From the NCBI RefSeq assembly GCF_009914755.1, contig NC_060932.1: a DNA stretch of 64,000 nt; one strand, given 5' to 3'. The first letter of the stretch is position 1. Each line of letters begins with the position of its first letter. The notes under the pieces were generated by a model that did not search any database, was not told where the DNA came from, and saw only the letters and a program-made list of their open reading frames with translations. This DNA comes from the human T2T-CHM13v2.0 reference genome, Homo sapiens. The translations under genes and the position numbers were made by a program. Below are positions 1 through 14,009 of the stretch, one piece after another.

Positions 1-2970
1 TGCTTTGGCTATTTGGGCTCTTTTTTAGTTTGACATTAATTTTAAAATAGCTTTTTCTAACTGTGAAAAATGTCTTTGTTAGTTTGACAGGAATAGCATT
101 GAATCTAAATTGTTTTTTTAGTATGTCCATTTTAAAAATGTTGATTCTCCCTATCTATGAGCATGGAATACTTTTTTATTTGGGTAATCTCTAATTTCTT
201 TAAGCAGTATTGTGTCATTCTCATTGTACAGATATCTCACCTCCCTTGTTAGCTGTATTCCTAGGTATTTTATTCTTATCATGATTATTGTAAATAGTAT
301 TGTGTTCTTGGTTTGGCTCTCAGCTTGGATGTTCTTGATGTATGGAAGAGTTACTGATTTTTCTACATTGGTTTTGTATCCTGAAACTTTGATGAAGTTG
401 TTTCCCAGTTCTAGGAGCCTTTGGATAGAGACTATGGGGTTTTATAGGTATAAAATCACATCATCTGAGAAGATAGAAAATTTGACTTCCTCTCTTCTTA
501 TCTGGATGCCTTTTATTTCTTTCTTTTGCCAGATTATTCTTGCTTGGACTTCCAGTACTACTTTGAATAAGAGTGGTGAGAGTGAGCATCCTGGTCTTGT
601 TACAGTTCCCAAGAAGAATGCTTCCAGATTTTGCCCTTTCAGTATGATGTTGGCTGTTGGTGTCATAGATGGCTCATATTATTTTGCATTATGTTTTATG
701 GATACCTAGTGCATTGAGGGTTTTAAACATAAAGGGATGTTTAACTTTATCAAAAGCCTTTTCTCTGCATCTATTGAGATGACCAGGTGGTTTTTGTTTT
801 CAGTTCTGTTTATGTGGTGAATCGTATTTATTGATTTGTGTATATAGAATCAACCTTATATACCAGAAATAAAGCCTACTTGGTCATGGTGGATTAGCTT
901 TTTGATCTACTGCTGGAATCTATTTGCTTGTATTTTGTTGAGGATTTTTTAATCTATGTTCTTAAGGAATATTGACCCAAAGTTTCCTTTTTGTGTTGTC
1001 TCTGCCAGGTTTTGGTATCAGGATGATGCTGGCTGCCTAGAAGGAGTTACAGAAGAGTTCTCCTTCTCAATTTTTTGGAATGGTTTCAGTAGCAATGCTA
1101 CCAGCTCTTCTCTGTATGTCTGGTAGAATTCAACTGTAAATCTCTCTGGTCCAGGGCTTTTTCTGGTTAGTAGGCTTTTTATTACTGATTCAACTTTGGA
1201 ACACCTTATTGGTCTGTTCAGGATTTCACTGGCTTCCTGGTTCAGTCTGGGGAGGGTGTATGTTTACAGGAATTTATTAATTTCTTCTAGGTTTTCTAGT
1301 TTTTGTGCATAGAGGTATTTATAATAGTCTCAAAGGAGGTTTTTTGTATTTATATGGGGTCGATGATAATGGCCCCTTTGTCATTTCTTATTGTGTATAT
1401 TTGAATCGAACTGGTTTTTTCTTTAATAGTCTAGCTAGCAGTCTACCTATCTTATTCAGTCTTTCAGAAAACCAACTTTTTGTTTTATTGATCTTTTGTA
1501 TGGTTTTTTGCATCCCAATTTCATTCAGTTTGGCTATGGTTTTGGTTATTTCTTTTCTTCTGGTAGTTTTGGTGTTGGTTTGCTCTTGTTTTTCTAACTT
1601 CTGTAGGTGTGATGTTAGGTTGTTAATTTGAGATGTTTCTTTTTGATGTGGGTGTTTACTGCTGAAAACTTTCCTCTTAACACTGCTTTAGCTGTGCGTC
1701 AGAGATTCTGGTATGTTGTATCTTTGTTGTCATTAGTTTCAAAGAATTTCTGGATTTCTACCTTAATTTCATTGTTTATCCAAAGGTCATTCAGTAGCGG
1801 GTTGTTTAATTTCCGTGTAATTGTATGGTTTTCGAGAGATCTTCTTATTATTGATTTCTATTTTTATTATGCTGTAGTTCAAGAATGTGGTTAGTATGAT
1901 TTCAGTTTTTTTGAGTTTGTTAAAAATTATTTTATTGATGATTGTGTGACTGATTTTAGAGTATGTGCCATGTGCAGATGAGAAAAAAATGTATATTGTG
2001 TTGTTGGGTGGAGTGTTCTGTAGGTATCTCTTAGGCCCATTAGAATAATTAAGTATTCTTGTTGAACTGGACTCTTTAACACTATGTAATGCTCTTCTTT
2101 GTCTTTTTTGATCTGTTTAAAATCTGTTTTATCTGAAATTAGAATAACAATCCCTGCCTTTTTTTGTTTTCTAACGCTTAGTAGATTTTTCTCCATCTCT
2201 TTACTTTGATCCTATGGGTGTCATTGCATGTGAGATGGGTCTGTCAAAGACAGCACACTGTTGGGTCTTGCTTTTTTATCCAACTTGCCACTCTGTGAGT
2301 TTTAAATGGGGCATTAGCACATTTACATTCAAGGTTAATATTGATATATGTGGATTTGATCCTGTCATTATGTTGTTAACTGGTTATTATACAGACTTGA
2401 TAGTGTAGTTGCTTTATAGTATCAATGGCCTCTATACTTAAGTGTGTTTTTGTGGTGGCCAGTAGTCATTTCCATGTTTAGCACTCCCTTCATAACCTCT
2501 TGTAAGGCAGGTCTGGTGATAATGAATTCCCTTAGCATTTGCTTTCTGAAAAGGATCTTATTTCTCTTTAGCTTATGAAGCTTATTTTGGCTGGATATGA
2601 AATTCTTAGCTGGAATTTCATTTCTTTGAATGCTGAATATAGGCCCCCAAATCTCTTCTAGCTTGTAGGCTTTTTGCTGAAAGATCTGCCTCTTCTCTCT
2701 AGCTACATTTAATATTTTTTTCTTTCATTTCAACCTTTGAGAATCTGATGACTATATGTGTTGGGGATGGTCATCTTGTATAGTATCTCACATGGGTTCT
2801 CTGCATTTCCTGAATTTAAATGTCAATCTCTCTAGCAAGATTGTGGAAATTTTAGTGGTCAATATCCTCAAATATGTTTTCCAAGTTGCTTGCCCTCTCT
2901 CCCTCTCTTTCAAGAATGCCAATCAGTTGGAGTTTTGGTCTCTTTCATAATCCCATATTTCTCAGAGGTT

Positions 2971-3405
2971 TCATTCATTCTTTTTTATTCTTTTTTCCTT
3001 ATCTTTGTCTGACTGAGTTAATTCAGAGAACCAGTCTTCTAGCTCTGAGATTCTTTCCTCAGCTTGGTCTATTCTGCTGTTAATACTTGAGATTGTATTG
3101 TGAAATTTTAGTAGTAAATTTTTCAGCTCTATCAGATCAGTTTGTTTTTTTCTTAAAATTGATATTTCACCTTTTAGTTCTTGTATCATTTTATTGGATT
3201 CCTTAGAGTGCTTTGATTCAGTTTTGACTTTCTCCTGAATCTCAGTGATCTTCATTTGTATCCAGATTCTAAATTCTATGTCTGTAACTTCAGCCACTTT
3301 AGCCTGGTTAAGAACCATTGCTGGAAAGCTAATGCAGTCATTTGTAAGTAAAAACACACTTTGGTTTTTTGAGTTGCCAGAGTTCTTGCACTGCTTCTTT
3401 TTCAT
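2971..3405 (-). pseudogene. L1 ORF1p coiled-coil fragment, disrupted
   Basis: ORF track translation matches the ORF1p N-terminus; a premature stop follows EKRIKKNE. Confidence 0.9.
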
Positions 3406-3981
3406 CTGTGTTGGCTGATATTCCTTTAATCTTTGAAGTTGCTGTCTTTTGGATGGGGCTTTGGCTTTTATATTCTTTGATGGCTTGAGAGTTTGACTGT
3501 GGTATAAGTTGGGTTTAGTTGACTGGCTTCATTTCTGGAACATTTTAGGGGGCCAAGACTCAACTCAGTATTCCCGGCCTATAGCTCTAATTCTGGAGGA
3601 CTGGAACTAGGTCCACAACTTTGTTCTGTGGCCCCTTGAGGCTAAGCAAATTTGCACTGGTGGAATTGAGACATTCCTCGTCCACTTTGCCTGGGGGATG
3701 TTGGCCAAAGTGCTTCATCAGGGCAGCGGTAGTGGGGTCCATGCTTGCCCATGTGTGCCAGCAGTGACAGCAGCACAGTAGGGCACATGCATTGGTGGGG
3801 GTGGGTGGTGGCAGGGTGTGCACACAACCATGCTGGCAGGTGCAGGGCTGCAGTGGCAAAGTCTGTGCATACGCACACCAGTGGCAACAGCGAAGTGGGT
3901 TCTGCACATGTTCATGCACCAGGAAAGTGGTGGATGGGGTGCTGTGAATGAGTAATCACCAGCAAACTGGTAGAAGGAGGC

Positions 3982-3982
<1 letters not shown>

Positions 3983-4016
<34 letters not shown>

Positions 4017-4018
4017 GT
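3983..4018. repeat. (GT)n microsatellite within the L1 5'UTR
   Basis: Direct reading; one TTT interruption. Confidence 0.95.
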
Positions 4019-5879
4019 CAGTGAGGGCCTCTCTCCTGAAGCTCTCCAATGGTTAGGTAGGGTCTGCCAGTGAAGGAACGATAGCAGTGGCCCCTGGGAA
4101 GCACCCTGTTTGGCCATCCAAGGCTATGCTGTAAGGTGGCGCAGCCAGGCAGGGACCCCAGGAGAGGCCAGCAGACAGTGGGCTGCTGAGGTCAGACTGG
4201 CTTCATGCTATGGAAAAGACAACCCTGCTCTTTCAAGGCCCAACAGTCAACAAAAGCCAAAGCCACCTAGAGAAGTGTGAGTGTGGCAAGACTTGGGGAT
4301 GGGAGCACCTGGTCTTGCCCCACTGTAGCCATTCTCATGCCAAACCCCCTGGCCTCCAGACAGGCTGGAGTCTTGTCCCTGCCACCTCTCCAAGCAACTC
4401 GCTCTGTCAGCTCAAATGTCTGTGGGGGTTATGGGGTCTCCTGCAGCTAGGATTGTGAAGGTCTATGGTGAGAGTGAGCCATATCTCTCGTATTTAACTC
4501 ATCCCTTCTCCTGAAGTTGTTGGGGGCCAGGAACAAATCCTGGTGTTTGGCAAACCCATGCAGAGTTCCCAGATTCCTCCCTCTTCAGCCAAGGGTCTGC
4601 ATATGCTCTTTGTCCCCTCTCAATTCATCTGTCCAAAGATCTGCTCGGAGTGTGCTAGTCTTCTTGATGGTCTGTTTTTTCAGTGGGAGATGCTTTTCCT
4701 GGCTGCATCTCATTGGCCAGCTTGGCTCCCAGCAATGAGATTTTTATTTCCATTTATTTTTAAATTCAGCATTGAAATCAAGGTCATATAAATTTCACAA
4801 TTTCCTTCATAATAAATTCATGTTTGTTTTTACATGTATATTCCTCCAAAGAGCAAAAAAGCAAACTTCCTCATGCTCTTGACACCTGCTGAGCTGTGCC
4901 ATGCCTCCCCCCACTGGCCGTTTTGCCTTCTCTCATATTCTCTTAAGCTTGCGTTTTCTCCCATGGAGAAGCAGAGATCCAGGTAGCAGATCTTCCAGTG
5001 TAGGAAGCTTTTAAAGAGCCATGCTCATGTTTATCAAGAATTTTCATTTAAGAATAACAAAAATTGTTACAGTAATGTAGAATGTTAACCTGAAAAATTA
5101 CCTGACCTCAATCTGTGTTTGCTAGACTCACATTATTATAAAAATATGATTAGTTTATAGCTCTATAAAAATAATTCATTATACTCACCCAGTTTTCTGA
5201 GAATTTTAGGAGTCTGCTCATAAGTTAGACAGAGATTCATCTACTTAACTTGAATACTTAGAGATAATTATCTTTTAAAAGTTTAGCAAAGCAGAATAAA
5301 ACCCAGTTTCAAAACATAAAAGTAGAAATAGTTGAACTTCCCTAAAGCATTATTAAGTATTGTTGGGGATAGATGGGAAGTATGAATCAATTTGAAAGCT
5401 TTTAATATTTAGACCAGATTATGGGGTCATTTTTAACCAACTAGAGGTTTAAAAAAGCACAAAATTTATTTATATAAAATAAAAAGTATGCAGTGCTTTG
5501 TTCAAAAGAATCTACATGTTGATTCATCACCATAGTCATTATATATGTAGATATATATGTAAAACATCTCCCTTTGAGAAAGCAGCACGTGAAACATAAA
5601 TACAAACTTGTGAAATATTAAGAAAACTCTAGCTGCTGAGATATTATTTGCTATGGTAGCAATGAGAAACAAGTTATTTCTGAGGTAAAAATCTATGATA
5701 CGTATGAAATTGAATTGATTCCTTTCATAATATACTGTATTTTGAATCAGAGTGATGGTTTATGTATATGTCTTTCATTTTACATGAAAGACAGTATAGA
5801 TAGGAGACATAATGAGAATGGTGTTAATGGAATAAAGGAAAAGACAGGAAAGGTAAAGTGTGAGCCCTCATGTAGGACA

Positions 5880-6074
5880 GAGATTTTCAAACTTTGGCAT
5901 GTAGTGAAATCAACAAATAGCTTGTTAGAACCCACATTGCCAGGCACCCCCACTCCAGCCACAAAGATTTTACTTCATTGGGTTTACTGATGCAACTCAA
6001 CAGTTCGAACTCTTAATAGGTTCCCAGGTGGCACTGACGCTGTTGGTTTAGGGTTCACACTTTGAGAGACACTG
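5880..6074. mobile_element. MER5-type hAT-Charlie MITE
   Basis: ttttcaaacttt... start; ttcccaggtggcactgacgctg...cacactttgagagacactg end, resembling MER5A/B termini. Confidence 0.65.
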
Positions 6075-6661
6075 ATGTAGGAGGGTTTGAAATATTTCAG
6101 CAAAGTTGATACCAGGCTATCATGAAGCTTGGTGAAACAGATTCCTCTGCTTCTGTGGCTATAAAAATGCTCATTTAGGATTTTTCTAAATGAAAATATA
6201 TAATTCCTAATAAACTAAAACTACCTTCACATTGTTTCTTTTTCAAACATGGTCTGATTCACATTGCTGTTTGCTATTTATTTTTACTCAAATAAGCCTT
6301 CCCACAGAACTCTGTCACTGCAAATAGTCTCAATTCGCCATTAGCTAACATTCCATCTGAGATGAATCAGAGCTAGAAGAATGATTATTTCACAATAAAT
6401 GCCTTTGGGTCCAATTTTTATGTAACTTTATATACTTATACAGCAAATCCCCTCCTCATGTGTCAATGGTCTGAGTAGACCTCATGTCCAATCCAGAATT
6501 AATCCCAATTCTGGATTATTTTAGGGTAGCTCTATGCATTAATTGGCATAAACTTCCTTTCTCCTAAGCCAATCACTGTGGTAGGAAGAATGGAGTTACT
6601 GCTCTCTCTGAACTACATTACTGCTATGCAATAACATAGGCTTTGAAAGAATATTGGTGTA

Positions 6662-7009
6662 CTGTCTCAGGCTGGCTTTCTCAGATGCTTGCCCAAGACA
6701 AAGATTTGTATGCACATGATTTATTAATTATCTCAACAAGACAGGAAAGAGAAAGAAGCTAGCCTTGTATAACTGCAGGCAACGATCCCAGGATTGCAGT
6801 GTCAGCATGAACCATGGGGGAAGCTCTGGAAGGAAAATGAGCTCTCAGGGTAATCCTGACCTGAGATAAGACAGCTGGGCTTTCCTGCTTCTCTGTCATC
6901 CTTCAGCCTGAGGCTCAGGCTGCCCCCAAAGGATGGAGGCTGAGCTCAGTCCCATAGAAACAGTAAGATCTAAGGAGGTATGTGCAGGACAACAGCGGTA
7001 TTCACTACA
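6662..7009. mobile_element. Old ERVL/MaLR-class LTR remnant (LTR16/MLT-like)
   Basis: TGT...aagacaaagatttgtatgcacatgatttatt and terminal ...caacagcggtattcactaca resemble old ERVL LTRs; heavily diverged. Confidence 0.4.
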
Positions 7010-7124
7010 GGGTGACAACCAGACTCTGCCACACCAAGATTAAGAGATTTTATTTTATCTAATATGTCAGCACATCCTGCCAAACATGTGCAAACAGGGA
7101 AAAATGGGACAGAGAGAATGGATA

Positions 7125-7297
7125 GTTCCTGAATTTGAAAAATGCTGGACTAAATAAAGTTAAATCGAAGACATTCTGCAGGTCTTTTATGAGCCTTTAC
7201 TATATTAATGGCTGTTGTGAGTCAAACCACAAAATTGTTTTTATAAGACTGTCTCTCGGGTGTATCTTCTGTGAGACAGACTTTGGAAAAGCTGCTG
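7125..7297. mobile_element. MER103-like hAT DNA element remnant
   Basis: aaaatgctggactaaataaagttaaa...ctgcagg...gagcctttactatattaatg matches the recalled MER103C core. Confidence 0.55.
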
Positions 7298-7722
7298 TGA
7301 GTAAGGGGTTGTCAAAGGTTTGTAGAGCAGCATAATCAGATCAGGATTTATGGCGTGAAGTAAAAAGGGATGGAGAAAAGGAGCACTAAGACAACAAGAT
7401 CACTTTGCTTCTGCAAAAGAACAAATGAAATATAATTAAATCATGAAATAAGCAAGTTGTATAGAAAACAAAGGAGGAAATGAACTAGACTATCTAATAG
7501 TTAGAATTGTCATAACTATGAAGGCTGTGGGGCACTAAAGAAGTTGGAGATCCCAAGGTCATTGGCTCAAGTGACTCCACAGCTAGTGAGGCCTTTAATG
7601 ATGATGGAGAATTGATGAGGAGGACAATTCGGGGAGGCAAGATTAAAGTTTGAAAACTACATGGAGATGTGTGGTAGACAACTAACACTAAAGGTGTGGA
7701 TTTTGGATTTACCAGCTTTGGG

Positions 7723-8122
7723 CTGTGACTTAGTCGGCTTGGGCTGCCATAACCAAACACCACAGACTAAATGGCTTAAACAACATAAATTTATTTTCTT
7801 AAATTTCTGGAGGCTGGAAGTCCAAGATCAAGGTGTTAGCATCATCAGTTCCTGGTGAGACCCACCTCCTTGGCTTGCAAACAATCACCTGCTCACTTGT
7901 CCTCACATGACTTTTTTTGTGGAAAAAGACTCTTCCTCTTCTTGTAAGGACACTAGTCCTATCATGTTAAGACCCTCATCAATCACTTTTAACATGATCG
8001 ATTACTCTTTCAGTATCTTATTTAACATTAATTTCTTCACTATCTCCAAATACAGTCACATTGAGAGAATGGCTTCAAAATATAATCTTTTGGGAGACAG
8101 GAGAAACAATTCAGGTCTTAAC
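7723..8122 (-). mobile_element. MLT1 (MaLR) solo LTR, MLT1A/B-like
   Basis: gggctgccataaccaaacaccacagactaaatggcttaaacaacataaatttatt...ctggaggctggaagtccaagatcaaggtg is the canonical antisense MLT1 3' end. Confidence 0.9.
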
Positions 8123-8939
8123 TGAAAATAAATTCAGTGCTAGTTGGAGCCTAAAGAACTAGGAAGTTGACTAGACTGAGAATTGACTGAGAATGGGACT
8201 CAGGGGGCCTCCAACCTTTGTAAGACAAGGGGGATAAAGGAGAGCCAGACCTATCAACTCTCAGAGCTAGCAGACTTGAGAAAACCATGTTCACTGCTCT
8301 GTACTTCTGTTGCTTCACCTGTAAAAAGGAGCTAATGATTGTTTTTGTTTATGGAGCTTTTATGAAAATAATATATGAGTTAGGGCCCAGTTGGGAGACA
8401 GAACACATGCAATGTTTACAACCACAAAGTGTAATATAAGGAATTATTAACAGAAGATTTGCTTATGAGGAGTTGCCTGTTGAGAATTAAAGAGAATACT
8501 AAGGAACCTAGGAGCCACAGATGGAAGGAGCAGGCATGATTTCCAGGGCTGACATGAAACACCCAGGGAAGATCTCCTCATGGCCATCGTAGCTGAACTC
8601 CAGATGGTGGAGAATGCATGGCCGTGACTCACTGATGGCTCAGAAATCACTCAGGTGTCTCACAGTTGGTAATTGCTGGAAGTCTCTCCTCTGGAGTGCT
8701 GGAGAGACTTTCCACAGAGGGATGTACATGCCTCAGAACCTGTTAGGTGCTGGGAGACGCTGTTGGCCATTGGGCACTGCTATTTCAGGCTGGCACAGAA
8801 CTCTGCGTGGTTTGGTTTAGGATGGCTCTGAGCTAGCTGTCTGGGAAAAAGGTTGGGGCTGGCATACAATGAGTACTCGGTAAATGTTAGCTATTTGCTC
8901 CTACTATGGTTCCTACTGGTACTCCTGCTACTGTTGCAG

Positions 8940-9150
8940 AGTAGTTAAAAACTAGACCTTTACAGCCTGGCAAACCTGGGCTCACATCCCTTATATGCCA
9001 TTTATTAGCTGCAGGATAGTGGACAAGTGACTTAATCACCTTAAGACTCAATTTCACCGTCTGTGAAATGGCATTAATAATAGTATTTATCTCCTGGGTT
9101 TGCTGAGAGCAGTAAATAGGAACATAAAGGTGAACTGCCTTATACAGTAG
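8940..9150 (+). mobile_element. MIR SINE
   Basis: Core ggacaagtgacttaatcacc...tcaatttcaccgtctgtgaaatggcattaataatagta. Confidence 0.8.
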
Positions 9151-10705
9151 CAAGCAAGTAGTAATAGATTTCCTTAAGTGGCTTTTAAAATGTTTTAAAT
9201 AAATATTAGTTCACTTTCTCTCCATAGAATGTTCTTGACATTAAGTATAAAACTGAAAGAAAGAATATGGTGAGACAGTAAATAAATAAGTTAAATGAAT
9301 GAAAGCTAAGTGACTTTTAATATAGTGATTATTCCATCTTATCTGTGTGTTGAGTCTGAATCTACCAGATTAATTTTAACTGGATGCCTTCTTTATTGAG
9401 TGTACACCACAGAGAAGAATTCTAATTCAATTCAGAAGTTCTGAGACAGTAAATTCTCCAAGTGGCAGGTCAACAGCAAATGTATGGATCATTCTGCCCT
9501 TTCAAACTCTCACATCAATACTAGTACGTAAGACTCTGCAGTTCCATGTAGAATTGAAATTACCAAATCATGCAGAATAAACTAACAGGCATCTTCTGCA
9601 TGAGTCAATTAAGACCTTAAATGAGAACATAGTATCTTCTTTCTAGCCTCAGTGACTACATTTTTAATTACCACATATTTTCAGGCACGTCATGGAATTT
9701 GACGACTGATAGATTTGGTAAATTCTTCCTGGCTGCTATGGCTGGGAATTAAATTCCAGTTCACATAATTGTGTTTGTTGTTGTTGGTCCATTATGGATA
9801 TCTACTACAACTGATAAACTCTCTAATCTCAGCTCCACTTGGCACAATGTGGACAAGTCCAAAAAAGAGAGACTTGTTATTGTCAAAAGCAATGAGTTTA
9901 AGTGAAACCTGTGACTAGTCACAAAGACCATATCCTTTGAGAGAATAGTCAGAGACTTTCAACAGCAATGTTATATTAGTCTAGCTCAATTACCATTCTC
10001 TAGCTTAGTGACAGAAATAATAAATTTCAGAATCTCAAGATATTACTACCCCAGGACAGTAGTTCCTTGAATTCCTTATTCACTGTGCTTTGATTTCATT
10101 TTGTGTAGCTAGTGCTTATAAATAAGTGATTTCAATATGTGAGATTTCATCTGACCTATCCAAATATCTGGGGAAAAAAAATAAAAAGAAGTCCTTAAGA
10201 TTCTGTTTGTTTCATAATTGCTGTGGTCTCCTCTTTGATATTTCAAGCAGATTATTTGCAAACAAGTAGAAATCTCCATGCTAAATAGTCATCCAAACAA
10301 GGTTTAAAGTCACTGGCAGGAACTCCATTGCAAAACAGTTCCTAAAAATAAAAAAAAAAAAAAGCCCAGATAGAATAAAATAAGAAATTTTCACCATTAT
10401 ATATTGGTAGCATTAGGAAACATGGCAGAAAAATAATTTTTTAAAATTTTCTTGTAAGAACAATGTTAATATTTGGTATTAGATGTTGCGTTGTTCACTA
10501 AGAATCTAATATAAAATAAACCATATGTGATCAATTATAGATGTTTAGGTTATAAATGCACATATATTTATCATCCATAATTGATTCATGTATTACTATA
10601 ATATTCCAGCATCTGCTAAATTTAGGCTTATTATTTCACCTTCTTTTTTTTAACAGCTTGGGAAATAACGTTTAAGTTTCCTATGTGCAACGTATACTGG
10701 TGTTT

Positions 10706-10991
10706 TCTTTTTTAAAAAAACTATTTCCACAGGCTTTTGGGGAAGAGGTGGTATTTGATTGTGTGAGTAAGTTCTTTAGTGGTGATTACTGAGATTTTGG
10801 TGCACCCATCACCCAAGTAGGGTACACTGTACCTAATGTGTAGTCTTTTATCCCTCACCTGCCTCCCACCCTTTCCCCCACTCCCCAAAATCCATTGTAT
10901 CATTCATATGCCTTTGCATCCTCATAGCTTAGCTCCCACTTATGAGTGAAAACATACGGCGTTTGGTTTTCCATTCCTGATTACTTTCACT
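10706..10991 (-). mobile_element. 5'-truncated L1PB-type 3' end
   Basis: gagattttggtgcacccatcacccaag...catagcttagctcccacttatgagtga is typical of an antisense L1PB 3'UTR. Confidence 0.9.
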
Positions 10992-11062
10992 TTCATTATA
11001 TACTGTATCTCAATGGTTTATCATCTATATAAATGGACTTTAAAATGTGCAGCTTTATTCTA

Positions 11063-11300
11063 CAGGTTGAACATCTCTCATTTGAAAATCTGAAATCCTA
11101 ATTGCTCCAGAATCCATAGTATTTTGAGTGTGTACGTGATACTCAAAGGAAATGCTCACTGAAACAGGTCTGATTTTGGATTTTCAGATTAAGGATGTTT
11201 AACTGGTAAGTATAATGCAAATATTTCAAAATCTGAAAAAACATCTGAAATCTGAAACACTTCTGGTCCCAAGCATTTAGGATAAGGGATATTCAGGCTG
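11063..11300 (+). mobile_element. Tigger4a (MER46-type) MITE, full length
   Basis: TA|CAGGTTGAACATC...GATATTCAGGCTG|TA inverted termini with TA duplications; internal ctcaaaggaaatgctca and cacttctggtcccaagcatt. Confidence 0.9.
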
Positions 11301-11683
11301 TATCCTATTTTGACATAAACTAATATGTTTTTCTGGCATTTTAAAGATAGCAACACATCTTTCACCATCCTTCCATTGAAGAATGGATCAGTTTTTCATC
11401 CCCTTGAATCTAGGCTGAACTGTGACTGTTTTGTTGTATATATTACAGAGGAAATGATGCCACACCAGTTCAGGATTTACCCTTTAAAAGGATTGGCAGC
11501 TTTCAGCTCAGTCTCTTGGAGCCCTGAGCTGTCTTAGAAGAAGGCTGACTATTCCTATGGGAGAGACCACACAGAAACTAAAAATACTTGGAAGAGGAGA
11601 GGGGCTCAGTTGAGCCCAACCTTCCAGCCAACTCCAGCAGGGTGGCAAGTATGAGAGTGAGGATATCTTGGAGCCTCAGCAAC

Positions 11684-12354
<671 letters not shown>

Positions 12355-12994
12355 CTCTCAACCATCCCAACCACCAGCTGAAAACCCGGTGATTTCAGTC
12401 GGTATTACTTGAGCCATTCAGCTGAGCTGTTTCTGAATTCTTGACACACAGAATCTGTGAGATAAAATAAAACAGTATTGTTTTAAGCTATTAAGTTTTG
12501 GAGTAGTTTCTTACACAGAAATAGGTAACTGAATGACATACATAAAAATATTAAGTAATTCACAGAAATTATGCTCAACCTCTTAGAATTTAGAAGAAAG
12601 AAATGTGCTTGGCCCAAGCAACATTTTCACAGTCATGGTTAATAAATTATAATATAATGCCTGATTTTTTCCTAAATTAATTATTTGTAGCAAGTATGGA
12701 GTCTTAAATTTATTGATTTAAGATTTTGTCTTTGATAAAAAAACTCTTTCTTTAACTACTGAAGAGAACACATAGGAAAAGAAATAAACTGTAGAAAATT
12801 AAAACCAATATTTTAATTGGTTCTGTTCATTTTATCAGGGAACAGAAACAGGAGATCCCAGTGCTTCATTATTAGTTACATTGTTTGCATTAACATTTGC
12901 AATAATCAATTGAAATGTCAAAAATAATCTTTATCCAGGATTCTTAAATCAGAAAAATCCAGATTAACTATTAGGAATACTATTTTCTGGCTAG

Positions 12995-13152
12995 GGAATA
13001 TTGAGTAAATAACATAGCTTCTATGAATCCATTTTCTTATCCACATAATAGAAATGACAACACATTAATTATCTATTGAATTATTGTGAGGATTAGGGGA
13101 GCTAACATATGTAAAGCACTTATTTCAGGGCCTGGCACAGGGTAAATGCTCT
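12995..13152 (+). mobile_element. MIR 3' part
   Basis: ttgtgaggatta...atatgtaaagcactta...gcctggcacagggtaaatgctc. Confidence 0.8.
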
Positions 13153-13309
13153 GAAAGTGAGAGATTTAATAATAATGCATAGGGTAATTACATATGAAAG
13201 ACTGAAATAGTAGAGTTGCCCTGTCTCAAAAAAATTACATACTTGGTTATGGCATAATTATTGTAACCCTAGTTGTTGTGGAAATGTTATAAACTTGGCT
13301 ACCTCTTAC

Positions 13310-14009
13310 CTATCTCTTGATTACGCAGGTGGAGCATCCTGCATGATTCTATAGCACTCAACAGGTGTCTGCCAAGCGGACAGACTACAGACCCCTCCGG
13401 CCGCATGATGCTGAGCTTCCCCTTGGACACATGAAGATTAAGTTAGTCAAGCATGGAGATTCCTCCCTCTCCTTCACAAACTCCAGATGTTTGGCATCTC
13501 CCCAATATCCTAAGACCTCCTGGACTGGGAACAAAATGAGCGTAGTGAAAGAGGAAGCAGCTTTAGAGAAAGCACCACAGGGAACAAACCAATAAAAAAG
13601 CAGGAAACTCAGCACAAGCCTGATTTATGTCACTGCACTTCTCTACTCTCAGCCCCATTCCCCCAAACTCCCAGCAAGCACACAAGCACACACAGGCACA
13701 CACATGCACATGCGCACACACACATGCACATACACAACACACACACACACACATGCCTTCTGCCAGCAGCTCTCTTTCTCACTCTCACTTTTCTTTTCAA
13801 ATGCTGGCATTTGAAAAAATCCCCTATTTTGTTTCACCCTCCTTTTCTGCCTCCCTAAAGAGCTTCCGAAGAGGAGTTTTGATGGTGCATCTGAGTGTTA
13901 ATAGATTCGGGAGTGTGAAGCTGTTGCCTGAATCTCATTCCCTGAGAGTGCCTTTCTCTTTTTAATAGCTGAGAAAGAATTGATCAAGCCTCTGTTTTAG
14001 TCTCTGTTT
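13310..14009 (-). other. Candidate minus-strand exon (5'UTR plus 32 codons, MRPEGSVVCPLGRHLLSAIESCRMLHLRNQEI, from ATG at 13406)
   Basis: Donor TAG|GTAAGA (plus CTCTTAC 13303-13309); acceptor TTTAG| at 14010-14011 after a ~45-nt pyrimidine tract; non-repetitive, locally CpG-bearing. Gene not recognised. Confidence 0.3.
13676..13753. repeat. Degenerate (CA)n / purine-pyrimidine tract
   Basis: Direct reading. Confidence 0.9.

Larger units (their letters stand above)
1..4730 (-). mobile_element. L1 LINE, L1PA13-16/L1P4-type; 5'UTR, ORF1 and the 5' half of ORF2, running off the left edge; inactive
   Basis: Minus ORF 2971-3405 is L1 ORF1p (MKKKQCKNSGNSK...NSRIDQAEERISELED). ORF2 start ATGACAGGATCAAATCC at 2368. 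ORF 442-666 is L1 RT ([12 protein letters not shown]...FSDDVILYL). GC-richer 5'UTR at ~3420-4730. Confidence 0.95.

Noticed and set aside
212-709. 165-aa plus ORF with hydrophobic stretches, and similar ORFs to 3083
   Set aside because: Antisense reading of L1 ORF2/ORF1; the T-rich strand yields spurious membrane-like ORFs.
6021-6035. CTCF-like TTCCCAGGTGGCAC
   Set aside because: 5' positions mismatch the motif, and it derives from the MER5 body; unsupported without ChIP.
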